Origin: Terriglobia bacterium
GTDB lineage: Bacteria > Acidobacteriota > Terriglobia > Acidiferrales > UBA7541
Length of the DNA: 64,000 bases
Assembly (NCBI GenBank): GCA_963695545.1
Contig: OY968796.1
Coordinates: forward strand, 3,712,001-3,776,000
Direction: 5' to 3'
Part shown: positions 39,702-51,472 of the stretch, in pieces
Layout of the letters: each line of letters begins with the position of its first letter
Numbering within the stretch: position 1 is the first letter of the stretch
The notes under the pieces: generated by a model
Told to the model about the DNA's origin: nothing
What the model saw: the letters and a program-made list of their open reading frames with translations, nothing else
The model's database searches: none
Made by a program: the position numbers and the translations under genes

Positions 39702-42176
39702 CTAGGCTCTGCGGACGGCCATGCCGGTGTGCGCGTCGACGAGCTCAAAGACTTTAGGATTGGCGCAGACTTCGTAGTAGGCGCGCGCGCTGGCGGGGCC
39801 GATGCGGCCGTCCGGCAAGAGCTGGCGAACCTGGCCTTTGCGGATGACGATGGGCTCGAGGCCATCGCCGATGGGAACTTCGCCCCAATAGAGCGTGATG
39901 CGCTCGCGGGCCCACGGCATTGCGCAATCGATTTCGGCGGGCGTTAGCGCAATCTCTTCACTGAGCTTTTGGAATCCTTCTTCATTCAGCTCGATGCCGT
40001 TCAGATTGAAGCGAATCAATAGTTCATCGGCTTCTTCTTCGACCGCGCCTTCGAGAACGGTTTGAAACAGGAACAGATTGAACAGCGACGCTTGGTGCGC
40101 GAGCAGCCGGCGCGCGAGTTTCGAGCAACTTGAGAGGCGATCGGAAAGATTGAGTGCGCGGGAAATCATGATGCGCGAATCGGCGTCCACCCAATAGGTC
40201 GGCGCAGAACCCTGATAGGCGATGCCCACGCCGAGCTCAAGGCGCGGAAGTTCTTTCGACTGCGCTTTGTCGTTATAGGCCTGGAGCACGGCCAGAATCT
40301 GGCGCGCCAAACCGCAGGACTTGGATACGGCACGTTGGCTCGAGCGATTGGCCTCGGTTTCAAAAATGGCCAGCACCAGCGCGTCGCCTTCGACGAAAAC
40401 TTTCGCGGCGCCGTAGCGATCGAGGATGCGCTTCACCGGCTCGTACAAGTTTATGCTGAACAGCGACGCGGGATTGAGGCCGCGCTCGATCAGCTCGGCC
40501 GTGATTTTCGTCGAGCCGCGCACGTCGGCCTTGATGATCGTGTGGGAAACGACCTTGTCTTCGACCGGACCGACTTCCTGCGGGAGCAGAAATTCAAACA
40601 GGCTGTTGTTCATGCGCGAAATCTCGCGCGTTTTTTCGCTGCGCACCAGATTGACGCGCTCCATGGCCGCGGTCAGGCGGTCGTAATTCCTGAGGTCGCC
40701 GCGCAGGCGCATAAAATCCTCGGCGAAGCGCAGCGCAATGGTGCGGGCTTCTTCGCGCGAAGTTTTGCGCAGTTTCTTCGCGAGATCCTCGATGCGCTGG
40801 ACGGAAAACTGGCGCGCGGGAAATTGCTTGAGGATGTCCGCGACACGCTTCATTTCCTCGCGCGCGACGAGCGCTTTTTTGAGCTGCTGCAAGTGAATGG
40901 GCGGGCAGTAATCGTGATACAGATTCCGCAGCTGATAGCTGGCCAGGATATGAATCAGAAGATCGCGCTGCTCGAGACGCTCGATCCACTGATCGAGCAG
41001 TTTTCCGCGCATTTCCGCGCCACCGGGTCCATCGCCAGTGTAGCCAACGTCAAAAAGCCGCCGCGCGTTCTCCGATTGATTCAGAAAATCGCCCAGGCGG
41101 CCCTGATACTGTTCGGAAAGAAAATCGCTTCGGCGCTTGGCAGCGTCGATTTGGGGCGAGAGCGATTCGAGGCGCTCGCCGAGGCTGGTGATACGCCGCT
41201 CGACGTCGAGAAGCTCTGTGCGCGTGTCGGCCGGTGCGGAGCGCAGCCCCACACGCGAAAGCAAGCCATCGCCGCGATCGAACTTGCGGGCGAGCGAAGC
41301 GCGTTCCTGATCGAGACGCGCGAGCTCGGCGCGCGTGGTCAATGCAGCGTCCACCAGAGCTTGATTCTGCTTCAGCGCCTCGCCCAACTCTTCGCCCTGA
41401 TCGCCGGCCAGCACCGATTCGCGCAGGAAATCGAGCAGCAACGCATCGAAAGTCTCCATGCGATCTTGGTCGCGGAGGTAGTTGCCGAGCAGAACGTAAT
41501 GATCCAGGAACATCACATCGTCGCGGCCGCCTTCGACGAACGCGAGGCGATTGTTCAGAATTTCGTAGGCACTGGAATCTTCGCCGCCAAACAGGGCGCG
41601 GCGGGATTTCGAGAGCATGGATTCGTCAATTTCGGCCAGCACGGTGTAGAGATGCTGCCCGGCCTGGCGAAAGGTGTTGCGGCGGCCTGCCTGTAGTTCG
41701 GCCAAGCGCGCTTTCATCACGTGGGCCTGCTCGCTGCGCTCGAAATATTCGCCGCGGCTGCGAATCCACTCTTTGCCTTCGAGCACCAGATTGGCGAACT
41801 GCGCGGAGATTTCCTGGGTGAGGAACTTCACGATGGCCACGCGGGCCAGAACGTCGATCTCGATATTCTTTTCGTACTTGGCGCGGGTGAGCGCGGCTTG
41901 CAGCAGATCGGTGAGCTGCTTTTTCCAGGCGCCGGTTTCAAGAGGACGAACGGCGCGGCGGTCCGTTTGAGCCAGGAACGCGAGCTGCGTGCTTTGGCGG
42001 ATGAATTCGAGAAGGTAGGCGGCGGACGTTTCGATGAAGCGCGGGCTCAGGAAAACATCATGATGAATATTATCGACACCAACGGCGAGCGAGCCGAGCG
42101 TGAGATCTGCGGTATAGGGAATCAGATTGATTCGCGCAGGGTTCAGGCCCGCGGTTAGAGACATATTTTCGGGCAT
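39702..42176 (-). CDS. large coiled-coil protein with C-terminal class III nucleotide cyclase-like domain
   Basis: IKADVRGST, EGDALV, LGVGI, ALNLSDRL resemble cyclase catalytic motifs. Confidence 0.7.
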   Translation of the reverse strand: MPENMSLTAGLNPARINLIPYTADLTLGSLAVGVDNIHHDVFLSPRFIETSAAYLLEFIRQSTQLAFLAQTDRRAVRPLETGAWKKQLTDLLQAALTRAKYEKNIEIDVLARVAIVKFLTQEISAQFANLVLEGKEWIRSRGEYFERSEQAHVMKARLAELQAGRRNTFRQAGQHLYTVLAEIDESMLSKSRRALFGGEDSSAYEILNNRLAFVEGGRDDVMFLDHYVLLGNYLRDQDRMETFDALLLDFLRESVLAGDQGEELGEALKQNQALVDAALTTRAELARLDQERASLARKFDRGDGLLSRVGLRSAPADTRTELLDVERRITSLGERLESLSPQIDAAKRRSDFLSEQYQGRLGDFLNQSENARRLFDVGYTGDGPGGAEMRGKLLDQWIERLEQRDLLIHILASYQLRNLYHDYCPPIHLQQLKKALVAREEMKRVADILKQFPARQFSVQRIEDLAKKLRKTSREEARTIALRFAEDFMRLRGDLRNYDRLTAAMERVNLVRSEKTREISRMNNSLFEFLLPQEVGPVEDKVVSHTIIKADVRGSTKITAELIERGLNPASLFSINLYEPVKRILDRYGAAKVFVEGDALVLAIFETEANRSSQRAVSKSCGLARQILAVLQAYNDKAQSKELPRLELGVGIAYQGSAPTYWVDADSRIMISRALNLSDRLSSCSKLARRLLAHQASLFNLFLFQTVLEGAVEEEADELLIRFNLNGIELNEEGFQKLSEEIALTPAEIDCAMPWARERITLYWGEVPIGDGLEPIVIRKGQVRQLLPDGRIGPASARAYYEVCANPKVFELVDAHTGMAVRRA

Positions 42177-42296
42177 GAATGCGCTCGGGAGACCTCAATC
42201 GAGCGTAACAAGCCACGGAAGGCAGGGCAAGACGGCGGCGCTAAGTCGTTAACAGCGGCGTTGTTACGATGAAAGCGGCGGTGGGGAGGCGCGGCG

Positions 42297-42773
42297 TTAT
42301 GGCCTGCGCACGGTGATGCGGCGCGCATCAGCGCCCAGGTGTTCGAGCGAGATTTCCAGGCGCGGCCAGTCGTTCGCGAGGTGAAATTTCTCGGACCATT
42401 CGACGATGAGGATGGCCGATTCGGAAAGGGCGTCCTCAAGGCCGAGGGTTTCGAGATCGTGGAAATTCTCGATGCGGTAAAGATCGGCGTGATAGACCTT
42501 GGTGGGTTTTTCAGAATCGCCGGCGTGCGCGGAGCGGGACGCGTTTTGAAACACGTGGACCAGCGTGAAGGTGGGGCTGGTGACTTCTTCCTCGCGCGCG
42601 GCACCGAGTCCGCTGATGATTCCTTTGGCCAATGTGGTTTTGCCGCTGCCGAGATCGCCGTAGAGCAGCACCAGGAGCGGCGGCTTCATTCCGGCAGCTA
42701 ATTCCCTGCCGTGCGCGATGGTTTCTTCCGCGGATTGCGTGACGAAGGCTGCTGGCCGCGATTCAGCAGGCAC
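42297..42773 (-). CDS. tsaE: tRNA threonylcarbamoyladenosine biosynthesis ATPase
   Basis: GDLGSGKTT, VTSPTFTL, HADLYR, VEWSE. Confidence 0.95.
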   Translation of the reverse strand: MPAESRPAAFVTQSAEETIAHGRELAAGMKPPLLVLLYGDLGSGKTTLAKGIISGLGAAREEEVTSPTFTLVHVFQNASRSAHAGDSEKPTKVYHADLYRIENFHDLETLGLEDALSESAILIVEWSEKFHLANDWPRLEISLEHLGADARRITVRRP

Positions 42774-44379
42774 GGTCGCGCTCCGCGAGGAGTTGGCGGA
42801 ACGCCGCAGGCAGCGCATCCAGCAGATCGCTCGCGACGAGCGGAATTTCGCCCACGCTGGACGCCGCGATATCTCCGGCGAGGCCATGCAGGTACACGCC
42901 GAGGCCCACGACGCGCAGCCAGTCTTCAACGCCGAATTGAGCGGTGAGACCCGCGAGAATTCCGGTCAGTGCGTCGCCGGTTCCGGCGGTGGCCATGCCG
43001 GGATTGCCGGTGGTGTTCACGAAGGCGCGGCCATCGGGCGCGGCCACGATGGTGTGAAAACCTTTAAGCACCACGATCGCGCCCCAACGATTCGCGGCTT
43101 CGAGTGCGGTGTCGAGGCGGCGCGCTTGAATTTCCGAAATTGTGCGACCGAGGAGGCGCGCCATTTCGCCGGGGTGAGGAGTGAGCGTGAGCGAGGGCAT
43201 TTTGCGATCGCTCAGTTGATCGGCGCAACCGTCGTAGGCGTTCAAGCCGTCGGCATCGAGAATTATTGGAACTTCGGAGCGCTCGACGACGGTGTGCACG
43301 AAGTCTCGAGTCTCCGGGTTTGTCGAGAGGCCCGGCCCAATCGCAAGCACGGATTTTTTCGCGGCGATCTCGGCGAAGCGGCCGTAATCGAGGGCGTGAA
43401 GTCCGATCGAGCCCGTGTCGGTGGAGACCATGGGCACGGTCATGATTTCGGGCATGCCGCCGGCAACGATGGGCAACGCCTCGGCGGCCGTGGCCACGGT
43501 GACCAGGCCCGCGCCCGCGCGCAATGCGCCGCGCGACGATAAAATCGCCGCGCCGGACTTGCCGAGCGAGCCGGCGACGATCAGCGCGTGGCCGTAGCTG
43601 CCTTTGTTCGATTCCAGCGGGCGGATCAGCGGGATGGAGCGAAATTCACCGGGTTCGAGCCAATGCAATTTCAAATGCGCGTCTGAATCGAGCAGCTCGC
43701 GCGGCGTGCCGATCTGGCGAACCACAAGGCGGCCGACGTGGTCCGCGCGCGGTGAAACAAGTTGGCCGACCTTCGGCGCGGTGAAGGTTACGGTGCAATC
43801 GGCCTTTACGACCGGGCCATCGATATCGTGCGCGTCGGAGCCGAGGCCGGATGGCATGTCGACAGCGAGAATGAAAGGCGGACGCTCGCCCGGCGGCCGT
43901 TGCGCAGCGCGCGTGGCGTTGAGGTCGTCAATTACGCTCGCGAGGAAACCGGTGACCGGGCCGCGCAGGCCAGTTCCGAGCAGCGCATCGACAATGATTC
44001 CGGCGCCTTGGAGCGCGGAGCGCGCGGCCTGCCATTCAGATTCGCTTGCGGCCAGTTGCAGATCGCCGAGGCTCTGGCGCCAGCGCTTGAGATTTGCGGC
44101 AGCGTCGCCCGAGAGGGATTCAGGATCGGCACAAAGCACGACAAGCGGCGCGAGGCCGCGTTCGCGAAGAACGCGCGCGACAACCAATCCATCGCCGCCG
44201 TTATTTCCTTTGCCGCAGAAGATCACGATTTTGCGCGCTTCGAGATCGGGGCATGCTTCGCGCAAAAAGTCGGCGACGGCCGTGCCTGCGCGGTCCATTA
44301 GCGTGAGGCTGGGAATTCCGTAGCGCTCGGTGGTGAGCCGGTCGGCTTCGCGCATTTGCTCGGCGGTGAGGAGTTTCAT
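42763..44379 (-). CDS. nnr: bifunctional NAD(P)HX epimerase/dehydratase
   Basis: GKGNNGGDG, DALLGTG, TPHPGEMARL, GNPGMATAGTGD. Confidence 0.96.
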   Translation of the reverse strand: MKLLTAEQMREADRLTTERYGIPSLTLMDRAGTAVADFLREACPDLEARKIVIFCGKGNNGGDGLVVARVLRERGLAPLVVLCADPESLSGDAAANLKRWRQSLGDLQLAASESEWQAARSALQGAGIIVDALLGTGLRGPVTGFLASVIDDLNATRAAQRPPGERPPFILAVDMPSGLGSDAHDIDGPVVKADCTVTFTAPKVGQLVSPRADHVGRLVVRQIGTPRELLDSDAHLKLHWLEPGEFRSIPLIRPLESNKGSYGHALIVAGSLGKSGAAILSSRGALRAGAGLVTVATAAEALPIVAGGMPEIMTVPMVSTDTGSIGLHALDYGRFAEIAAKKSVLAIGPGLSTNPETRDFVHTVVERSEVPIILDADGLNAYDGCADQLSDRKMPSLTLTPHPGEMARLLGRTISEIQARRLDTALEAANRWGAIVVLKGFHTIVAAPDGRAFVNTTGNPGMATAGTGDALTGILAGLTAQFGVEDWLRVVGLGVYLHGLAGDIAASSVGEIPLVASDLLDALPAAFRQLLAERDRAC

Positions 44380-44409
44380 GGGATCGCCCGCGGCGGGAAC
44401 GCCTTCGGC

Positions 44410-45919
44410 TCAGTCTGCGTCTTGCGGCAGCCGCGGCTTGCCCAGGCGGCTGTGATGCCGGCTGTAGCTGAAATAAATGATCAGGCCGACTACCAGCCAC
44501 ACGAAGAGGCGCAGCCAGTTCGCGGCGGGCAACGAAAACATCAGCATCAGGCAGCACAAAATGCCGAGGATCGGCACGATCGGACCGAACGGCGCGCGAA
44601 ACGGACGATGCACTTCCGGATGCGTGCGCCGCATGATCATCACCGCCGCGCAGACGATCACGAACGCCAGCAGCGTGCCGATATTTACCAGCTCGGCGAG
44701 AACGCGCAGCGGAAGAAACGCGGCCATGATCGCCACGCACGTGCCGGTCAAAATTGTGGACTTCCAAGGCGTGCGAAACTTTTCGTGCACCGCTGCGAAA
44801 AATTTGGGCGGCAGCAAGCCGTCGCGCGCCATGGCCAGAAAAATTCGCGCCTGGCTCAGCATCATTACAAGCAGCACCGAAGTGATGCCCGCGATGGCCC
44901 CGATCGAAACCAGGAACTGACGCCCACGGCAGACCGACCTGACGAAATGCGTACCGAAACCGGAGCGTCAATATTGAGCTTGTTGTAGGGAACCATTCCG
45001 GTGAGCACAATGGCCATCGCAATATAGAGGACCGTGCAGAGAATCAGGGAGGTCATGATCCCGATGGGCACATCGCGGGAGGGATTTTTGGCCTCCTCGG
45101 CGTGCGTCGAAATCGAATCGAATCCGATGTAGGCGAAGAAAACGATGGCTGCGCCCGCGAGCATGCCCAGCGGCGAACCGGTGGGTCCGGTCTGCCCGAT
45201 CAGGGTGTGGCCGAAGAATGCGAAACCCGCCATGCCGAAGGGCGCGAACGGCTTCCAATTTGCGGGGTTCACATACCGCGCGCCGACGATGATGACCAAG
45301 AAAGACGATCGCGAGTTTCAGAATCACGATGCCGGCGTTGAATGCAGGCGCTTTCGCTGATGCCCTTGACGAGAATCATGGTGATCAGCAAGGTGATGGC
45401 AATCGCCGGCAGGTCGAACCAGGTCCCGGTGAGCACGAGTTTTCCGCTGACCGGATTGTAATCGAACGGCGCGTTCGAGTAGTGGTGCGGCACATGCACG
45501 TGGAAAAATGTAATGAAGTCCTGAAAATAATGCGACCAGCCGTGGGCCACGGTTGAGGATGCGACGGCGTATTCCAGAATCAGATCCCAGCCGATGATCC
45601 AGGCGAATAATTCGCCCAGCGTCGCATAGGCGTACGTATACGCCGATCCGGCCACCGGCACCATCGAAGCGAACTCGGCATAGCACAGCGCCGCAAAAAC
45701 GCAGGTCATTCCCGCGACGACAAACGAAAGCATCAGAGCCGGGCCCGCGCAGTCATGCGCAGCGACTCCCACGAGCACGAAAATTCCCGTGCCGATGATC
45801 GCGCCCACGCCGAGGCTCGTGAGTTGAACGGGACCGAGCACGCGCTTCAGGCGGCTGTGGTCGCGAAGCTCTTCCATCAGCGTTTCGTGAGATTTGGTGG
45901 CGAACAGTTGGTTTGCCAT
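44410..45919 (-). CDS. APC family amino acid permease, frameshifted (about 44910-44940 and 45300-45345)
   Basis: GAIIGTGIF, CYAEFAS, IIGWDLILEY, FFAYIGFD, NIGTL motifs in different frames. Confidence 0.85.
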
Positions 45920-46012
45920 GTTCCCTTTCAATTGCGCGATGCCAGGTTGCGCGCAATCGCCGCAGCCCACAAAATTCAGCGCATCGCTCGCCGGATCAGG
46001 CGCCGCGCAAGA

Positions 46013-47594
46013 CTAATCGGCCGCGGGCGCTGCCGAGCGCTTGCGCCATATCCAGTATACCGGCGCGCCGCACAAGACGATCACGAGACCCGGCCAGGCT
46101 GTCTGCGTGTTATACAACAGCAGAGCCACCAAGATGACGCAGGCCGCAAGAATATATAGCGCAGGAATCACGGGATAACCGAACGCCCGGTAGGGGCGCT
46201 CGGCATCCGGCTTGAGGCGCCGCAGGCGGAACAGGCCGAGAATCGTCAACACGTAGAAGATCAGAACGGCGAAGACCACGTAGTCGAGCAGATCGCTATA
46301 GAGATTGCCATAGGTGACCGCGCCGGTGAGCGGATCGAGCCGCCGCGTGCGCAAGAGCACTAGGATTGCGGCCCAGAGTCCTTGGAGACGCAACCCCATC
46401 GCGGGAACGTGCTTGCGATTGAGGCGACCGATGCCGCGAAAAAACAGGCCGTCGCGCGCCATGGCATAATACACGCGCGAGCCGGCGAGTATCAAACCGT
46501 TGGCGCAGCCGAACGTCGAAATCATGATGCCGAGCGCCATGATGCCCGCGCCGGCGGAGCCGAAAATCACTCCGAGCGTGGCGGTCGCGACGCGATCGTC
46601 GGGTGCGGTTTGAATTTGGGCCAGCGAGAGCGTCATCAAATACGCGAGATTGGCCAGCAGATAGAGTGTGATAACGATGCAGGTGCCGAGCGCGAGCGAG
46701 AGAGGAACGTCGCGTCGCGGATTTTTCACTTCGCCGGCGGTGAAAGTGATGTTGTTCCAGGCGTCGGCGGAGAAAAGCGAACCGACTTGCGCCACGCCAA
46801 ACACGATGACTAGCGCGTAAATTCCGCCCGTGGCGGAGACGGAAGGAATGTAGCGCGCGAGGAACGACGCGCCGGGCGCGATGGTTTGCGGATTGTGCAG
46901 CGCCCAGAGCGACGAAAAGTTTGCGTGCATGGCCGCGGCGCTGCGTCCCCATAAAATTCCCAGAAGAATCAGGCCGGCGAGGGCCAGCGTCTTCGCCGAT
47001 GTGAAAACGTTCTGGATAATCTTGCCCAGACTGATGCCGCGCGTGTTGACCCAAGTGAGCAACACAATCAGCGCGACTCCCACGAGCTGTTGCCGCGAGA
47101 GGCTGATTGCGTATTTCGCGGACAGCCGCAGCGGAGGAACGATCCAGGCCACTGGAGAAATCGAGGGCGCAAGCACGCCGAGATATCGCGCGAAGCCCAC
47201 AGCAACGGCGGCGATCGTGCCCGTCTGAATCACGAGGAAAAGCTGTCCAACCGTAGAGGAAACCCCAGAGAGGCGAATAGCTTTCGCGCAAATAAACGTA
47301 CTGTCCGCCGGCCTTGGGCATCATCGCGGCGAGTTCGCCGTACGAGAGGGCCGCGGCGATGGTCAGCGCTCCGGTGACGACCCAGGTGAGCAGCAGGCCG
47401 CCGACCGAGCCGGTTAAACGCGAAATGTCAGCCGAGACAATGAAAATGCCCGAGCCGATCATCGAGCCGACGACGAGCATTGTGGAATCGAACAGGCCGA
47501 GGCTGCGAACGAATCCGACAGTCGAAGTGGATTGTGCGTCGAGTGTGCTTGCGGCAGCATCGCGCTCAGGATTCTTTGGGCTCATCTCGCTCAT
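46013..47594 (-). CDS. APC family amino acid permease, one frameshift near 47244
   Basis: GSMIGSGIF, AGGQYVYL, FSADAWNN, ERPYRAFGYP. Confidence 0.85.
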
Positions 47595-48235
47595 CGGGGC
47601 GCACCGATCGTTTCGGCTGCGATCGCCAAATACTCTTCCGCGCGCGCGCCGGAATTTTGGGCGCGAAGCAGATCGCTTGCGACCGCCAGCGAATCGGCGC
47701 CGAATCGATAGACATCGCGCGCGCGCGCTAGCGTGATGCCGCCAATGGCCACGAGCGGCTTGCGCGTGAGCGCGCGAGCGGCGCGCAAGCCGTCGAGGCC
47801 GACAAGCGCGTCAGGTTTCGATTTTGTTGTAGTGGGAAAAATCGGACCGAAAGCGATGTAATCGGCCGACGTGCGATCCGCCGCGCGCACTTGATCCAGC
47901 GTGTGCGTTGAAACTCCGATCCATAGCGAGGGCCCACAAATCGCGCGCGCCCGTTCGACATCGAGATCCTGCTGGCCGACGTGCACGCCGCCCGCGCCCG
48001 CGAGCAGCGCGATATCCACGCGATCGTTGACGATCAATCGCACGCGCGTGGAATCGAGAGAACGCGCAAGCTCGGTTGCGATTTCGAGTTGAGCGCGCGA
48101 GTCGGATTGCTTGGCGCGGACTTGCATGAGCCGGCAGCCGGATTCGGCAAGTGTTTCGGCAAGCGCGACCCAACGCGCGGGGTCGTCGCTTGCGATCAGC
48201 GCGTCATCCAGGACGGCGTAGAGCGTCGGGAACAC
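47591..48235 (-). CDS. thiE: thiamine-phosphate synthase
   Basis: IVNDRVD, GVHVGQQD, GVSTH, GPIFPTTTK, VAIGGI; the ORF track starts at 48235 but a GTG at 48238 is in frame. Confidence 0.93.
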   Translation of the reverse strand: MFPTLYAVLDDALIASDDPARWVALAETLAESGCRLMQVRAKQSDSRAQLEIATELARSLDSTRVRLIVNDRVDIALLAGAGGVHVGQQDLDVERARAICGPSLWIGVSTHTLDQVRAADRTSADYIAFGPIFPTTTKSKPDALVGLDGLRAARALTRKPLVAIGGITLARARDVYRFGADSLAVASDLLRAQNSGARAEEYLAIAAETIGAPR

Positions 48236-48245
48236 GTGCGCCCCC

Positions 48246-49601
48246 CTAGCGATGCCCCGCGGTTACGGACGCGTAGCGGTCCATGAAATGAGTGTCGAGC
48301 CGGCCGGCCTCGAAATCCGGATCGGCGAGTATGCGACGATGAAGCGGGATCGAGGTTTTGATCCCTTCGATGACGAACATTTCAAGAGCGCGGCGCATGC
48401 GCGCAATGGCTTCGCCGCGATCGCGCCCGCGCACGATGAGTTTCGCGACGAGCGAATCGTAATAGGGCGGAATCACGGCGTCGGCATACACAGCGGTGTC
48501 CACGCGAATGCCCGTGCCGCCGGGCTGCTGGAAGACGGTGATGCGCCCGGGCGAGGGCGCGAACGTGTCCGGATCCTCGGCGTTGACGCGGCATTCGATG
48601 CTGTGGCCGCGCGCCTGGAGCTTGCCGACTACATTTTCAAGATGTTCGCCGGCCGCCACGCGCACCTGCGATTTGACCAGGTCGACGTTGGTGACCATTT
48701 CCGTGACGGGATGCTCGACCTGAATGCGCGCGTTCATTTCGATGAAATAAAACGCGCCGTCTTCGTCCATCAGGAATTCCACGGTGCCGGCGCCGCAATA
48801 TCCGATACCTTCGAGAGCGCGCACCACCTGCGCGCCCAACTCCTCGCGCCGCCCGGGGCCAATGGCCGTCGACGGCGATTCCTCGATCAGCTTCTGGTGG
48901 CGGCGCTGGATGCTGCACTCGCGTTCGCCGAGATGCATCACGCGGCCATGCATATCTCCCATCACCTGAAATTCGATGTGGCGTGGACGCTCGATGAATC
49001 GCTCGAGATAAACATCGGGCACGCCAAAAGCCTGCTGCGCTTCGGCGCGCGCGGTGGCGAAATGCGCAGGCAGCTCGTCTTTGCCGCGCACCACGCGCAT
49101 TCCGCGACCGCCGCCGCCGGCGGAAGCTTTGATGATCACGGGGTAGCCGATGCGCTCGGCCTCAGTCAGAGCCGCGGCTTCATCGGCCAGGATTCCGTCC
49201 GAACCGGGAACGATCGGCAGTCCCGCGGCGGACATCTCGCGCCGCGCCTGCTCCTTTTCACCCATCAGGCGCAGGATGTCGGGCGAAGGACCGATGAAGG
49301 CGATGTGCGAAGCTTCGCAAACTTCCGCGAAATTCGCGTTCTCCGAAAGAAAGCCATAACCGGGATGGATGGCGTCGACGTTGGTGATTTCCGCGGCGCT
49401 GATCACGTGAGGAATATTGAGATAGCTTTCTGACGAGCGCGGCGGTCCGATGCACACGGCTTCGTCAGCGAAGCGAACGTGCAGCGAATTTCGATCCGCT
49501 TCGGAGTAGACGGCGACGGTCTTGATGCCGAGTTCCTTGCAGGCGCAGATCACCCGCAAAGCGATTTCACCGCGATTGGCAATGAGAATTTTTCGGAACA
49601 T
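48246..49601 (-). CDS. accC: acetyl-CoA carboxylase biotin carboxylase subunit
   Basis: [38 protein letters not shown]. Confidence 0.98.
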   Translation of the reverse strand: MFRKILIANRGEIALRVICACKELGIKTVAVYSEADRNSLHVRFADEAVCIGPPRSSESYLNIPHVISAAEITNVDAIHPGYGFLSENANFAEVCEASHIAFIGPSPDILRLMGEKEQARREMSAAGLPIVPGSDGILADEAAALTEAERIGYPVIIKASAGGGGRGMRVVRGKDELPAHFATARAEAQQAFGVPDVYLERFIERPRHIEFQVMGDMHGRVMHLGERECSIQRRHQKLIEESPSTAIGPGRREELGAQVVRALEGIGYCGAGTVEFLMDEDGAFYFIEMNARIQVEHPVTEMVTNVDLVKSQVRVAAGEHLENVVGKLQARGHSIECRVNAEDPDTFAPSPGRITVFQQPGGTGIRVDTAVYADAVIPPYYDSLVAKLIVRGRDRGEAIARMRRALEMFVIEGIKTSIPLHRRILADPDFEAGRLDTHFMDRYASVTAGHR

Positions 49602-49630
49602 GTTGCCCTGGGGCCCGGATCGGACCGAAC

Positions 49631-50254
49631 TTACTTCTTCCCAGCCGGACGAAGCGAAAACAGCGGTTCGCCGTATTCCACCGGCTGGCCGTTCTCGACG
49701 AACACGCGAACCACTTCGCCGCCGACGTCTGCTTCAATTTCGTTCATCAACTTCATGGCCTCGATGATACACACCACTTGGCCCACAGCAACCGCGTCGC
49801 CTACCTTCACGAACGCGTTCGCGTCTGGACTTGGCGCGGAATAATAGGTGCCGACGATCGGAGATTTTATGACGTGAAGGTTTGCGTCTTCATCCGGATC
49901 CGCCGGTTCGGAAGGATCCGGCGATCGGCGCGGCGCCTCCTTGCGGCGTTCGGCGCTTGAGTCCTGCTCCCACGGCGCGGGCGGATTGGCCGATGGCTCG
50001 CGCGGAACCACGATTTCCGGGCGCGGGGGCAACGAGCGAGGCGCTGAATTGGAATCGGTGAACGCTTTCTTCAGGCGGATACGCAAATCGCCGCTGGCGT
50101 ATTCAAATTCTTCGAGGCCGTTCTGCGACATGAACGCCAACAACTGTTCGAGCTGCCGCAGGTCCACACCGGGCACGGCAAGCGCTTTGCTGTCGGATGA
50201 TGTCTTGCCCGCGTCTTTCGGGGCCGACGATCTCTTCGGTTTGTTCCGTTTCAT
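49631..50254 (-). CDS. accB: acetyl-CoA carboxylase biotin carboxyl carrier protein
   Basis: [15 protein letters not shown] biotinylation motif. Confidence 0.95.
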   Translation of the reverse strand: MKRNKPKRSSAPKDAGKTSSDSKALAVPGVDLRQLEQLLAFMSQNGLEEFEYASGDLRIRLKKAFTDSNSAPRSLPPRPEIVVPREPSANPPAPWEQDSSAERRKEAPRRSPDPSEPADPDEDANLHVIKSPIVGTYYSAPSPDANAFVKVGDAVAVGQVVCIIEAMKLMNEIEADVGGEVVRVFVENGQPVEYGEPLFSLRPAGKK

Positions 50255-50260
50255 CTGGCG

Positions 50261-51343
50261 TTAGAGTTCCAACAGGTCCCGCCCTAGAGTGGTGAGCAAC
50301 TCCGAGCCACTCGGCGTGACCCAGGCGTCGTCTTCAATGCGGATGCCGCCAACTCCTTCGATGTAAACCCCGGGCTCGATGGTCACAACCGATCCGGCCT
50401 GAAGCCGCGTTTGCTGGCCCCGGCCGAGCCGTGGCGCTTCGTGAATCTCAAGGCCCAGGCCGTGCCCGGTGCTGTGTACGAAATAACGTCCGAGCTTATT
50501 TCGCGTCAAGACTTGCCGCGCGGCGTGGTCGATATCCTGCGCCTGCGCGCCGGGATGCAACGCGTCACAGGCTGCCCCGTGGGCATCTTGCACCGCCTGA
50601 TACCACCGTCGCACTCTCGCGGGAGCGCGTCCCACGAAAACCGTCCGCGTCAAATCGCTGCAATAGCGGCGCAGTATAGCACCCAGGTCTAACACGACCA
50701 ACTCATTTTTGCCGATGCGGCGCTCGGTTGGCCGCGCGTGAGGCAGCGCCGAGCGCGGGCCTGACGCGACGATGGCGTCAAAGGATTCGCCCGTAGCTCC
50801 TTTGCGGCGAAAACGATAGCCGATTTCGGCGGCGAGGTCCAGTTCGCGCACGCCGGGCCGGACCAGACCAATTACCTCTTGCATGACCTGGACAGCAAGC
50901 TTGCCGGCCTCGCGAATTGTCGCGACCTCGGCCGCGCTCTTGATGGCCCGGAGATCCTCGACGATGCCCTCCGCGGCGTGCCAGCGCACCTTTGAGCCGG
51001 CGGCCTTATGCAGGGCGTGCCAGGTCGAAAGCGTGAGGTGCGTAGGGGAATACGCTACCGTGAGCTTCAAGCGGGAGAGACGCGTTCCAACAGTCGACGT
51101 CAGGGAGCCGCGCTGGATTACGAGCTTGGCCCCGGGAGCTTCCTCATGCGCCTGAACCGTAAAGCGCCCATCGGTGAACAGGGTGGTGCGGTGTTCTTCC
51201 ACGAGTAGATAACCGGAGTCTCCGGTGAACCCGCAAAGATAGACGATGTTCGGAGGATGGGTGACCAGCAGCGCATCCGCGCGCTTTGCGTGCAGCGCGG
51301 CGCGAACTTGAGCAATTCTCTTGGCGTAGAAAGGAGCGTCCAT
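50261..51343 (-). CDS. Xaa-Pro aminopeptidase (M24B)
   Basis: LPHA, DLGA..YCSDLTRT, HSTGHGLGLEIHE, TIEPG, RIEDD. Confidence 0.95.
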   Translation of the reverse strand: MDAPFYAKRIAQVRAALHAKRADALLVTHPPNIVYLCGFTGDSGYLLVEEHRTTLFTDGRFTVQAHEEAPGAKLVIQRGSLTSTVGTRLSRLKLTVAYSPTHLTLSTWHALHKAAGSKVRWHAAEGIVEDLRAIKSAAEVATIREAGKLAVQVMQEVIGLVRPGVRELDLAAEIGYRFRRKGATGESFDAIVASGPRSALPHARPTERRIGKNELVVLDLGAILRRYCSDLTRTVFVGRAPARVRRWYQAVQDAHGAACDALHPGAQAQDIDHAARQVLTRNKLGRYFVHSTGHGLGLEIHEAPRLGRGQQTRLQAGSVVTIEPGVYIEGVGGIRIEDDAWVTPSGSELLTTLGRDLLEL

Positions 51344-51417
51344 GATCCTGGCGGGCTGAGAGGAGAGCCCGTATGCGTACCCTGACGCGCTCTAATTATC
51401 GCCCGCGCCCGGGCAAG

Positions 51418-51443
51418 AAAAAGGGGGGCGACTCGCGCCCCCC
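51418..51443 (-). terminator. intrinsic terminator after pilQ
   Basis: GGGGGGCG/CGCCCCCC stem followed by a U-run on the minus strand. Confidence 0.8.
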
Positions 51444-51472
51444 GATTCAAATTCCGTCGTTTGGATCCCGGA

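Noticed and set aside
44900..47250. Split amino acid permease ORFs as separate genes
   Set aside because: Motifs continue across small indels (e.g. an extra base near 47244), the same error pattern as in the his operon
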